From positions 1 to 64,000 of the forward strand of contig CBDFKD010000001.1 in assembly GCA_965248695.1 (NCBI GenBank): DNA of 64,000 nucleotides, given 5' to 3'. Each line of letters starts with the position of its first letter. Position 1 is the stretch's first letter. Position numbers and translations under genes: made by a program. This stretch comes from Acidobacteriota bacterium. Its GTDB lineage: Bacteria > Acidobacteriota > UBA890 > WLXD01. Below are positions 55,308-64,000 of this stretch, in pieces. Below the pieces are notes generated by a model. It was given only the letters and a program-made list of their open reading frames with translations, was not told where the DNA came from and did no database searches.

Positions 55308-58109
55308 ATGACCATCTCCACGTCTGCCGAGCCTACGCTCGACCCGACCCGTCTCCTTACTCACCTGCGCGATTCAGCGCGCGGCCCGGTGTCTCCCGAC
55401 ACCCTCGCCAGCGAGCTTGAGCTCGACGCCGAACACGCTGCCCAACTCCAGGATCTGCTCGACGAGCTCGTAGCAACCGGTGCGGTCGTCGAAACGCGCG
55501 GCCGCTACGGTGCGCCCGAGCGCATGAACCTGGTCGTCGGACGCCTGAGCGCCCACCCCGATGGGTTCGCGTTCGTCGTGCCCGCGGCGGCGACCGGCCA
55601 GGCGGATCTGTTCATACCCGGCCATCAACTGCGTGGTGCGCTCCACGGTGACCGTGTCATTGCTCGCTTCGAGCACCAGCGACGCAGCGGCAAACGAGAG
55701 GGCCGGGTGATTCGGGTGCTCGAGCGCTCGCGCACCAAGATCGTTGCCAAGCTCGAGGCCGCCGGTGGGCTCGCCTACGCACGGCCGATCGATCGACGCC
55801 TCGGCAACGAGATCGTCGTTCCGCCGGATGCTCTCGGTGAAGCCACCGATGGTCAGATCGTTGCCGTCGAGATCACCGAGTACCCCCACGGCCGTCGCAG
55901 CGCCGTTGGCAAGGTCGTAGAGGTGATCGGAGACGCCGCCGACGCGAAGGTCGACGTCGAGATCGTCATCCGTGAGTACGCCCTGCGCCACGAGTTCCCT
56001 GCCGAGGTGCTGCAGGAGGCGAGCAAAGTCGCTACCGAGGTGAGCGCCGAGGAAATCGAGGGCCGCCAGGACTTCCGGGCGTTGCCAGTCATCACGATCG
56101 ACGGTGAGAACGCTCAGGATTTCGACGATGCGGTCTATGTGGAAGCGCAGCCGGACGGGACCTATCGGCTGCATGTCCACATCGCCGACGTGGCGCACTA
56201 CGTGGCGCCGGACTCGTTGGTTGACGCTGAGGCACGCGAACGCGCGACCTCGGTGTACTTCCCCGACCGCGTCCTGCCGATGTTGCCGGAATCGCTTTCA
56301 AACGGGATCTGTTCGCTGAAACCCGATGTCGACCGGCTGGTGCAGTCGCTCGTCGTCGATATCGATCGCCAGGGCCGCACGGTGAACTACGAGTTCCACG
56401 ACGGCGTCATCCATTCCGCTGCGCGCATGACCTACCGACAGGTGGCGACAATACTGGACGGCGACGAGAGCGCCCGAGAAGGGCAAGAGGCACACGTCGA
56501 GAACCTCGAGCGCATGCGCGATCTGGCGAAGATCCTCATGGACGCGCGTCGGCAGCGCGGCAGCATCGACTTCGACCTGCCGGAGCCCGAGCTCGTCATC
56601 AACCTCCGTGGCGAGACCGAGGACATCGTGCGCGCCGAACGAAACACGGCGCACCGGATCATCGAGGAGTTCATGATCCGGGCTAACGAAGTCGTCGCCA
56701 GCCACATGACATGGGAGGGCGTCGAGGGCTTGTACCGCGTGCATGAGGGCCCGGACGAGACGCGCGTGGACGCCTTACGCGATTTCCTGTCTGGCCTCGG
56801 CTACACGTTCGGCGGTGGACGTACACCCACCCCGCGCCACTTCAGCGAGCTGCTCGAACGGCTCGAGGGTCGTCCAGAAGAGCGCGTCGTGTCGATGCTG
56901 GTGCTACGCACGATGAAACGGGCGCAGTACCAGGTCGAGAACGACGGCCACTTCGGTCTGGCGTCGGAGCGTTACGCGCACTTCACCTCGCCCATTCGGC
57001 GATACCCCGACCTCACCGTGCACCGGGTATTGAAGCTCGAACGCGACGCCACCGCAGAGTCAGACACTGCGGCGACTCCGCCGATGGATCTCCAGAGCAT
57101 CGCCACCGACTGCTCGACCCAGGAGCGTCGCGCCGAGGAGGCTGAACGCGAGTACTGCGCCTGGAAGAAGGTGCAGTTCATGTCCGACAAGCTCGGGGAG
57201 GTCTACGAGGGCCACATCGTCGGTGTGCAGGCCTTCGGTTTCTTCGTCGAGCTCGATCAAGTGTTGGTCGAGGGAATGGTGCCGGTTTCGACACTGAGCG
57301 ACGATTACTACAAGTTCGACGAGGCCAAGCACAGCCTGCGTGGGGAGCGCGGCAGCCGTGTGCTGGCGCTCGGTGATCAGGTGCGCGTACGGGTCGCCAA
57401 GGTAGACCTGGAGCGCCGCCGGTTAGACTTCGCGCTCGAAGAAGGGCCGCTCGCCAAGACGGCGCCGGCGCCGGAGAAGCGACCCCGGCGTCGCGGTGGA
57501 CGTCGCCGTGGCGGGCGTGGACGAGCGCAACCGCTAGCGGCAGACGCCCCACCCGAGGGCGAAGAGGGGCGGCAGCCCGCGCAGGGGGCCGAGAGCGAGG
57601 GTTCGGCGGCACCGTCGGATGGCTCGAAGCCACGTCGTCGTCGCGGACGTCGCGGTGGCCGGCGTCGCCGGCGCACCACAACGGCTTCGGGTGCCGAAGA
57701 TGCGAGCGCCGGAAGCGCATCAGCGGCTAGTGACGCGGTCGATACGAAAGACGAGAAAGTGGCCAGCAAGCGCGGTAGCGGCGCCAGCGCCCAGCAGGGA
57801 CGCGGTGGTCGCCGGCGCGGTGGCCGAGACTCCGATAGCGGCGCAGGGCGTGGGCGCAGCAAGTCGTCCGGGGATCGCAAGCGCTCCGCTGGCGACGAGG
57901 CCGGCGCGAAGTCGAGCTCCGAATCGCGCGGTCGCGGTGGGCGAGGTCGCGGGCGCAACGATCGACGTCCTGGTGGGCGCGGACGACGGCCCGAGGGTGC
58001 GATGCCGGCGCCGACACGTCCGGAGCCAACCGAGCAGACGACGAAGCCCAAGGAAGACGGCGCCGAGCGTCCGTCGGTCAACCCGTACCTTACCGATGTG
58101 GACTTCTAG
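55308..58109 (+). CDS. rnr: Ribonuclease R
   Basis: HPDGFAF, TIDGENAQDFDDA, HFGLA..YAHFTSPIRRYPDL, S1 domain. Confidence 0.95.
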   Translation: MTISTSAEPTLDPTRLLTHLRDSARGPVSPDTLASELELDAEHAAQLQDLLDELVATGAVVETRGRYGAPERMNLVVGRLSAHPDGFAFVVPAAATGQADLFIPGHQLRGALHGDRVIARFEHQRRSGKREGRVIRVLERSRTKIVAKLEAAGGLAYARPIDRRLGNEIVVPPDALGEATDGQIVAVEITEYPHGRRSAVGKVVEVIGDAADAKVDVEIVIREYALRHEFPAEVLQEASKVATEVSAEEIEGRQDFRALPVITIDGENAQDFDDAVYVEAQPDGTYRLHVHIADVAHYVAPDSLVDAEARERATSVYFPDRVLPMLPESLSNGICSLKPDVDRLVQSLVVDIDRQGRTVNYEFHDGVIHSAARMTYRQVATILDGDESAREGQEAHVENLERMRDLAKILMDARRQRGSIDFDLPEPELVINLRGETEDIVRAERNTAHRIIEEFMIRANEVVASHMTWEGVEGLYRVHEGPDETRVDALRDFLSGLGYTFGGGRTPTPRHFSELLERLEGRPEERVVSMLVLRTMKRAQYQVENDGHFGLASERYAHFTSPIRRYPDLTVHRVLKLERDATAESDTAATPPMDLQSIATDCSTQERRAEEAEREYCAWKKVQFMSDKLGEVYEGHIVGVQAFGFFVELDQVLVEGMVPVSTLSDDYYKFDEAKHSLRGERGSRVLALGDQVRVRVAKVDLERRRLDFALEEGPLAKTAPAPEKRPRRRGGRRRGGRGRAQPLAADAPPEGEEGRQPAQGAESEGSAAPSDGSKPRRRRGRRGGRRRRRTTTASGAEDASAGSASAASDAVDTKDEKVASKRGSGASAQQGRGGRRRGGRDSDSGAGRGRSKSSGDRKRSAGDEAGAKSSSESRGRGGRGRGRNDRRPGGRGRRPEGAMPAPTRPEPTEQTTKPKEDGAERPSVNPYLTDVDF

Positions 58110-58164
58110 GTTCTGCCGCATCGAATCCACGAGGGCCGGCCGGCGGGTCCACTAGAATCACCGT

Positions 58165-59619
58165 ATGGGCAGCGTCGCCGGGGCAGCGTACGAGACCGTC
58201 ATCGGGCTGGAGGTGCACGTCCACCTGCGCACCCGAACGAAGCTGTTCTGCGGCTGTGCGCCAGAGTTCGGAGACGCGCCGAACCTGCACACCTGTCCGG
58301 TGTGTCTGGGCCTCCCGGGGGCGCTTCCGGTCGTCAACGAGCGCGCCATACGGCTGTCCACCGTGGTCGCGGTGGCGCTCGGCTGTGAGATCGCCTCGCG
58401 TGCCGTCTTCGCGCGCAAGAATTACTTCTACCCGGACCTGCCGAAGGGATACCAGATCTCGCAGTACGACTTGCCGATCGGCACTGGCGGACAGCTTCGC
58501 TACCACAGCGAAGATGGCGCCGAGTGCACTCGTATCCACCGGGTTCACCTGGAGGAGGACGCCGGCAAGTCATCGCATGGCGGCAACGGCGCCGATGGGC
58601 AGACGCTGATCGATCTGAATCGCTGCGGGACACCGCTGCTGGAGATCGTCACCGAGCCCGACTTGGACAGCCCGCAACAGGCAAGCGATTTTCTCGCCGC
58701 GCTGCGCATCACGTTGCTGCACCTCGGTGTCACCGATGCCAACATGGAGGAGGGGAGCCTGCGGTGTGACGCCAACGTCTCGCTGCGACCGACCGGGCAG
58801 GCCGAGCTCAATCCGAAGACCGAGCTCAAGAACCTCAACTCGTTTCGGTTTCTCCGTCAGGCGCTGACGTTCGAGCAGCGGCGCCAGACGGCCCTGCTCG
58901 ACGCCGGCGGCACGCTTCACACTGCTACCCGTCTCTGGGACGTGGAGAGTGGAGAGACGGTTCAGATGCGTTCGAAGGAGGAGGAGCACGACTATCGCTA
59001 CTTCCCCGATCCTGACTTGGTGCCGTTGCAGATCGACGCGGCGGCGGTGGAAGCGGCGCAGCAACGTGTTCCGGAACTGCCCTTCGAGCGCGCCGAGCGT
59101 CTCGCGCGCTCGAGCGACCTACCCACCGACGATGCCCGGTGGCTGGTCGAGGACCCGGAGCGCGCCGGGTACTACGAGGCCGTAGTGGAGGCGGGCGCGG
59201 ACGCCTCCGTGGCGAGCAACTGGATGCGTGGCGAGGTCGCTGCTTGGCTGCGACAGCACGACGTTGAGATCTCTGCCTTCCCGGTCGGTGCCGGCGCGCT
59301 CGCCGATCTGCTGGAGGCCATCAGCGACCGAACGATCTCGAATTCTGCCGCCAAGAAGGTCCTCGAGCGGATGGCGGCGACGGGAGCGGCGGCGCGTGAG
59401 ATCATCGCGGCCGAGGCGCTCGAACAGGTGGGTGACCCGGCCGTGCTCCGGCCGATCATTGCCAGCGTGGTGAGCGCGCGGGAGGCCGAGGCTCGGGCGT
59501 ACCGTGATGGCCGCCACCAGGTGCTGGGCGTTCTCATCGGAGAGGTCATGCGTGAGAGCCAGGGCCGAGCCGACCCTGCTCTGGTACGACGATTGCTCGA
59601 GGAGAAGCTGCAAGAATGA
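58165..59619 (+). CDS. gatB: Asp/Glu-tRNA amidotransferase subunit B
   Basis: IGLEVHV.L.T..KLFC, RKNYFYPDLPKGYQISQ, DYRYFPDPDL. Confidence 0.97.
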   Translation: MGSVAGAAYETVIGLEVHVHLRTRTKLFCGCAPEFGDAPNLHTCPVCLGLPGALPVVNERAIRLSTVVAVALGCEIASRAVFARKNYFYPDLPKGYQISQYDLPIGTGGQLRYHSEDGAECTRIHRVHLEEDAGKSSHGGNGADGQTLIDLNRCGTPLLEIVTEPDLDSPQQASDFLAALRITLLHLGVTDANMEEGSLRCDANVSLRPTGQAELNPKTELKNLNSFRFLRQALTFEQRRQTALLDAGGTLHTATRLWDVESGETVQMRSKEEEHDYRYFPDPDLVPLQIDAAAVEAAQQRVPELPFERAERLARSSDLPTDDARWLVEDPERAGYYEAVVEAGADASVASNWMRGEVAAWLRQHDVEISAFPVGAGALADLLEAISDRTISNSAAKKVLERMAATGAAAREIIAAEALEQVGDPAVLRPIIASVVSAREAEARAYRDGRHQVLGVLIGEVMRESQGRADPALVRRLLEEKLQE

Positions 59620-60293
59620 TCCGCGCCTTCCACGTGACCAAACGCTACGGCAGCATCACTGCGCTACGCGACGTCAACGTGCAGATCCGCCCGGGCGAGT
59701 TCGTCTTTCTCACCGGCGCCAGCGGCGCCGGCAAAACAACCCTGTTGCGGTTGCTGTATCGAGCCGAGCTTCCGACCAGTGGTCAGCTACTGGTTGACGG
59801 CCGCAACGTCGCCAGCTTCAGCCGTCGCGAGGTGCCGCCGTTTCGCCGCCGCATCGGCCTGGTGTTCCAGGACGCGCGACTGATCGAGGACCGCAGCGCG
59901 CTGGAGAACGTCGGTTTCGTCGGCCGTGTGCTGGGCCTGTCGCGTGCCGAGGCCGGACGCCGCGCCGCCGAGCTGTTGAAGCTCACCGGGCTCGAGCACC
60001 GTGCCGACCTGTACCCGGCGCAGCTGTCCGCTGGTGAGCAGCAGCGCGTCGGCCTGTCGCGGGCCCTGATGTCGGCCCCCGTGCTGTTGTTGGCCGACGA
60101 GCCTACCGGCAACCTGGACCCGGATACGGCGATCGAGATGTTGCGCATCTTCAGAGCGATCAATCGTCGCGGAACGACCGTCGTGCTGGCAACACACGAT
60201 CCCGACATGATCGCCGCCCTTGGCCGACGCACGTTGCTTATCGAGCAGGGGCGATTGCGGTCGCTCGATCGGCGTCACGCAGCGACAGGCTGA
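59616..60293 (+). CDS. ftsE: Cell division ATP-binding protein
   Basis: FLTGASGAGKTTL, RRRIGLVFQD, ADEPTGNLD; precedes ftsX. Confidence 0.9.
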   Translation: MIRAFHVTKRYGSITALRDVNVQIRPGEFVFLTGASGAGKTTLLRLLYRAELPTSGQLLVDGRNVASFSRREVPPFRRRIGLVFQDARLIEDRSALENVGFVGRVLGLSRAEAGRRAAELLKLTGLEHRADLYPAQLSAGEQQRVGLSRALMSAPVLLLADEPTGNLDPDTAIEMLRIFRAINRRGTTVVLATHDPDMIAALGRRTLLIEQGRLRSLDRRHAATG

Positions 60294-60295
60294 AC

Positions 60296-61207
60296 GTGAA
60301 CCTGCAGCACTACGTCGTGCTCTGCTCCGAGGAGGCCGCTCGCGGTCTGTGGTTCCACCGCAACTTGGTGGCGCCCGCCCTCGTGGTGATGATTGTCTCG
60401 CTGACGGTGTTGGGTGCGTTCGTGTTGGTGTCGGAGAACCTCAACGACGTGTTGACGACCTGGCGTGAGCGCGGCCAGCTGCAGGTGTTCCTGCAGCCCC
60501 AGTTGGCCGACGCGGATCGAGCCGGTATCGAGGCGGCGCTACGAGCCACACCGGCAGTCGAGGAGTTCCGATATATCAGCTCGGACGCTGCGGCCGAGCT
60601 GTTCCGTGCCGACTCCGCCGAGCTCGGGGAAGTCCTCGGCTTGCTGGAGGACAATCCGTTGCCGGCGTCCTACACCGTCACCATAGCGCCGGCGATGCGC
60701 AGCCAGCGGGTGCTGCAAGGACTCTCCGCTCAGCTCACCGAGCTGCCGGCGGTGGAAGGCGTGCAGTATGACCTGCAGATCATCGGTCGTCTCGAGCTTG
60801 GTGTTCGCGCGCTGCGGTTCATCGGAGTGCTGCTCGGCGGCACGGTCCTGATGGCAGCAGTAGTAACGACAGCGAACGTGATTCGCGTCCTCGTGTTCAC
60901 CCGGCGGCGAGAGATCGAGACGATGCGCTTGGTGGGTGCCTCGGAGTCGATCGTCGTCGGTCGCTTCCTCGCCGAGGGTGCGTTGCAAGGCCTGATCGCC
61001 GGCGTCGTCTCGGTTCTGCTCCTGTACATTGTCTACAGCGTCGGGTTGGCGTACCTGGACCGCGAGGCACTGGGTTTCCTCGCCGCGCTGCCACTCCGCT
61101 TCCTCGGTGTTGCATGGATCTTGACGCTCGTGGTCGGCGGCGCCGCGACCGGCGTCGCAGGTTCGTGGCTGGCCTTCGGTCCGGGCGGCGTGCGGTCGGA
61201 GGTTTGA
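60296..61207 (+). CDS. ftsX: Cell division permease
   Basis: NPLPAS, RRREIETMRLVGAS, four TMs. Confidence 0.9.
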   Translation: MNLQHYVVLCSEEAARGLWFHRNLVAPALVVMIVSLTVLGAFVLVSENLNDVLTTWRERGQLQVFLQPQLADADRAGIEAALRATPAVEEFRYISSDAAAELFRADSAELGEVLGLLEDNPLPASYTVTIAPAMRSQRVLQGLSAQLTELPAVEGVQYDLQIIGRLELGVRALRFIGVLLGGTVLMAAVVTTANVIRVLVFTRRREIETMRLVGASESIVVGRFLAEGALQGLIAGVVSVLLLYIVYSVGLAYLDREALGFLAALPLRFLGVAWILTLVVGGAATGVAGSWLAFGPGGVRSEV

Positions 61208-61213
61208 GGCGTC

Positions 61214-63631
61214 ATGACGTCGACCTGCAGAGTCACCGGGGACTCGCGTCGGGTCCTGGACCTCGATCTGGTGCTCGACCAGGTGGCCGGCAACGCCCAG
61301 TCGAGCCTCGGCGGGTCGCGTGTGCGGGCCGTGCTGCCGGCCACCGAGCTCGACGAGGCCGAGCGTAGGCACGACGCGGTACAACAGGCGCGGGAGTTCG
61401 CTGCTGCCCACGGCCTCGTGGCGCTCGGCGCCGCGGTGCCGATCGATCGTGAGCTCGCGGCGGTGGCGACCTCCGGAGTCGTGCTGGAACCGAAGGCACT
61501 GCAGCAGGTGGCCGCCACGGCGCGCGTCTGCAACGAGTTGCGTCGGCGCTACCTCGTCGATCCCGACCGCTGGCCGGCGCTGGCGGCGCTCGTGCGGGAG
61601 GCACCGTCGCTCCGTCCGCTGTGCGACCAGATTGACCAGGTGGTCGATCAGGAAGGACAGATCCGCGACGATGCCTCACCGGAGCTGCAACGCATCCGGC
61701 GGCGAGCGCAGCGACTGCGCGCCGGATTGCGTACGCGGCTCGAGAAGATTGCCCGCGATCCGGACCTTGGCGAAGTTCTTCAGGACGCGCTGGTCACCGA
61801 GCGCGGCGGCCGCATGGTGGTACCGGTGCGCTCTGGCCAGCGCGACCGGATGCCCGGTGTCGTACACGACGCCTCGTCGTCGGGCCAGACGATCTTCGTG
61901 GAGCCCCTGGAGCTTGTCGACGACCAGAACCGGGTGGCGGAGCTGGTAGCCGCCGAGCGCGACGAGATCCGGCGGCTGCTGGCCGAGGCCAGCGCTCACG
62001 TCGGGGCGGCACGCGACGCGCTGGCGCTGGCGCAGTCAACCGTGGCCGATGCCGATGCTCTGCAGGCAACCGCCCGGTATGCCGAGGCCGAGGAGGCAGT
62101 GCGACCTCAGTGGGTCGCCGACGGTCTGAGGCTGCGTGGGGCGCGACACCCGTTGCTCGCATCGGAGAGCGTTGTTCCACTGGATCTGGAGGTGCCGTCA
62201 GGAGTGGGCGCGCTGATCATCACGGGGCCCAATACCGGCGGCAAGACCGTCGCTCTGAAGACCGTCGGCCTGCTGGCAGCGATGGCGCAGAGCGGCATCC
62301 CGGTGCCCGCCGCCGAGGCGCGGTTGCCGCTCTTCCCGCGCATCCATGCCGACATCGGTGACGAGCAAAGCGTTACCGCCAACCTCTCGACGTTCTCCGG
62401 CCATCTGCGCCACATCGTCGATTTCCTGAGCGATTGTCCGGCCGGAGCCCTTGTGCTCCTGGACGAGCTCGGCACCGGCACCGATCCGGCAGAGGGCGCC
62501 GCGCTCGGCATCGCGCTGGTCGAGCGCTTTCTCCAGGGTGGCGCCGTCGTCGTCGTGTCGACGCACCACGACGCGCTCAAGTCGTTCGCTCATCGGCGTG
62601 CCGACGTGCTGAACGCCGCGATGGAGTTCAACGTCGAGACCCTGGCGCCGACCTATCGCGTCCGGCTCGGTAGGCCCGGACGCAGCAACGCGCTGCAGAT
62701 CGCAGCGCGCCATGGGGTCGACGAGACCCTCATCGGGCGGGCCAGGGAGCTGCTCGCGTCCGACACGGTCCAGCTGGATGCTGTTATCCGTGATCTCGAG
62801 GCGGACACGCGCGCTATTGAGCTCGAGCGCGCCGAGCTCGCCGGCCAGCAAGCTCAGCTGGATGCGGAGCGCGAGCAGCTCGAACGCCTCGATCGCGAGC
62901 GCGTCGAGGCGCAGCAGGCTCACGAGCGCCACGCCGACGATGCGGTGAAGCGCGTAGTCGAGGATCTCCGCCGCCGTGGTGAAGAGAAGTTGGCGGAGCT
63001 CGAGTCCCAGACCGACTCCGGCTCGGAGCTCGCCCGTGCCGACCGCAAGGCGCGCTGGTCGGCCAGCGCCGGGCAGCTGCGCTCCGAAGCGCAGCGCGAG
63101 GTGCGCGAGACGGTGCGCGGGCGGAAGTCAGCTGGCCAGCCCCCATCGACCGCCTCGGAGTCGGATCTCGGGGAGCTCGGACGCGGCGAGTCGGTGCTGG
63201 TTGCGCCGTTTGGCCTCAGTGGCTCGGTTCTTCGGGATTGGGCGCCGGAGTCCGACGACGCGGCGGCGGTCGAAGTGGGCGTGGACGGTAAGCGGCTGGT
63301 GGTGCGCCGGGACCAGGTCGCGCGGGATACCACGGGTCGGAGCAAGCGCCGGTCACAGTCGGCGGCGTACCATCGCCGTCCGGATGTCGGCTGGGAGATC
63401 GATTTGCACGGAAAGCGAGTGGAGGAGGCGATCGCCGATGTCGAGCGCTACCTCGACGACGCGGTGCTGGCGGGGTTGCCCGAGGTGCGTTTGATCCACG
63501 GGTTCGGCACGCTGCGGCTGCGGGATGCCATCCATCGCTATCTCGGCAAGCGTCCCGACGTCGTGCGCTTTGCCACCGCCGATCCGATGAGCGGCGGGGG
63601 TGGGGCGACGATCGTACGGTTGGAAGACTGA
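61214..63631 (+). CDS. mutS2: MutS2 endonuclease
   Basis: ITGPNTGGKT, LDELGTGTDP.EG, Smr domain IHG.GT. Confidence 0.93.
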   Translation: MTSTCRVTGDSRRVLDLDLVLDQVAGNAQSSLGGSRVRAVLPATELDEAERRHDAVQQAREFAAAHGLVALGAAVPIDRELAAVATSGVVLEPKALQQVAATARVCNELRRRYLVDPDRWPALAALVREAPSLRPLCDQIDQVVDQEGQIRDDASPELQRIRRRAQRLRAGLRTRLEKIARDPDLGEVLQDALVTERGGRMVVPVRSGQRDRMPGVVHDASSSGQTIFVEPLELVDDQNRVAELVAAERDEIRRLLAEASAHVGAARDALALAQSTVADADALQATARYAEAEEAVRPQWVADGLRLRGARHPLLASESVVPLDLEVPSGVGALIITGPNTGGKTVALKTVGLLAAMAQSGIPVPAAEARLPLFPRIHADIGDEQSVTANLSTFSGHLRHIVDFLSDCPAGALVLLDELGTGTDPAEGAALGIALVERFLQGGAVVVVSTHHDALKSFAHRRADVLNAAMEFNVETLAPTYRVRLGRPGRSNALQIAARHGVDETLIGRARELLASDTVQLDAVIRDLEADTRAIELERAELAGQQAQLDAEREQLERLDRERVEAQQAHERHADDAVKRVVEDLRRRGEEKLAELESQTDSGSELARADRKARWSASAGQLRSEAQREVRETVRGRKSAGQPPSTASESDLGELGRGESVLVAPFGLSGSVLRDWAPESDDAAAVEVGVDGKRLVVRRDQVARDTTGRSKRRSQSAAYHRRPDVGWEIDLHGKRVEEAIADVERYLDDAVLAGLPEVRLIHGFGTLRLRDAIHRYLGKRPDVVRFATADPMSGGGGATIVRLED

Positions 63632-63633
63632 AG

Positions 63634-64000
63634 ATGGCCTGGCCGCGTTCCTTCATCGACGAGGTGAAGCGTTCCGCCGACCCAGTGCAGCTCATCGGCG
63701 AAGTGGTGGCGCTGAAGAAGCGCGGTACCCGCTGGGTCGGGCTGTGCCCCTTCCACCAGGAAAAGACGCCGTCGTTCACGGTCAACGACGAGGGGTTGTG
63801 GCACTGCTTCGGCTGCAGCGAGGGCGGCGATCTGTTCAAGTTCGTCCAGCAGCACGAGGGCATCGACTTCGCCGAAGCGGTGCGCAGCCTGGCGGAGCTG
63901 GGTGGTGTGGCGATCCCGGAGTCGAGTCGCGGGCCCCGTCAGCAGGGGCCGCAGATCGATCGGGAGCGGATCCTGCAGGCACTTCGCGCGGCGGCCGAGT
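63634..64000 (+). CDS. dnaG: DNA primase (partial, runs off the window)
   Basis: GLCPFHQEKTPSF...WHCFGC..GGD zinc finger. Confidence 0.93.
   Translation, partial: MAWPRSFIDEVKRSADPVQLIGEVVALKKRGTRWVGLCPFHQEKTPSFTVNDEGLWHCFGCSEGGDLFKFVQQHEGIDFAEAVRSLAELGGVAIPESSRGPRQQGPQIDRERILQALRAAAE

Overview
The window has two parts. About 1-24,960 is the immunity, early/replication and integration arm of a prophage-like element with no virion genes visible here. It holds an IS1-family transposase, IS3 and IS21 remnants, and an unusual tRNA (GGA anticodon on a short-variable-arm, U73 body). A leftward array of five envelope-protein genes follows, each preceded by a copy of a structured ~60-80 nt leader repeat. 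Next come four XRE/CI-like repressor genes and three Cro-like genes, then a rightward operon: PD-(D/E)XK nuclease, Sak4-like ATPase, SSB-like, RuvC-like, DUF1376 initiator with iterons, DnaC-like loader, two pentapeptide-repeat paralogs, xis and a tyrosine integrase. This element shows duplicated gene-start sequences around apparent insertions. It also has antisense-inserted genes sharing a hairpin/promoter cassette, and a chain of translationally coupled ORFs running across those antisense genes. About 24,975-64,000 is GC-rich host chromosome, probably Acidobacteriota (inferred from GWxTD and related families). It includes a PP2C phosphatase, ABC transporter, SOD, peptidases, ferritin, a SoxR-like regulator, a 2.7 kb islet at tRNA-Leu(CAG), rnr, gatB, ftsEX, mutS2 and partial dnaG. 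All product calls are by motif recognition by eye; no searches were run.
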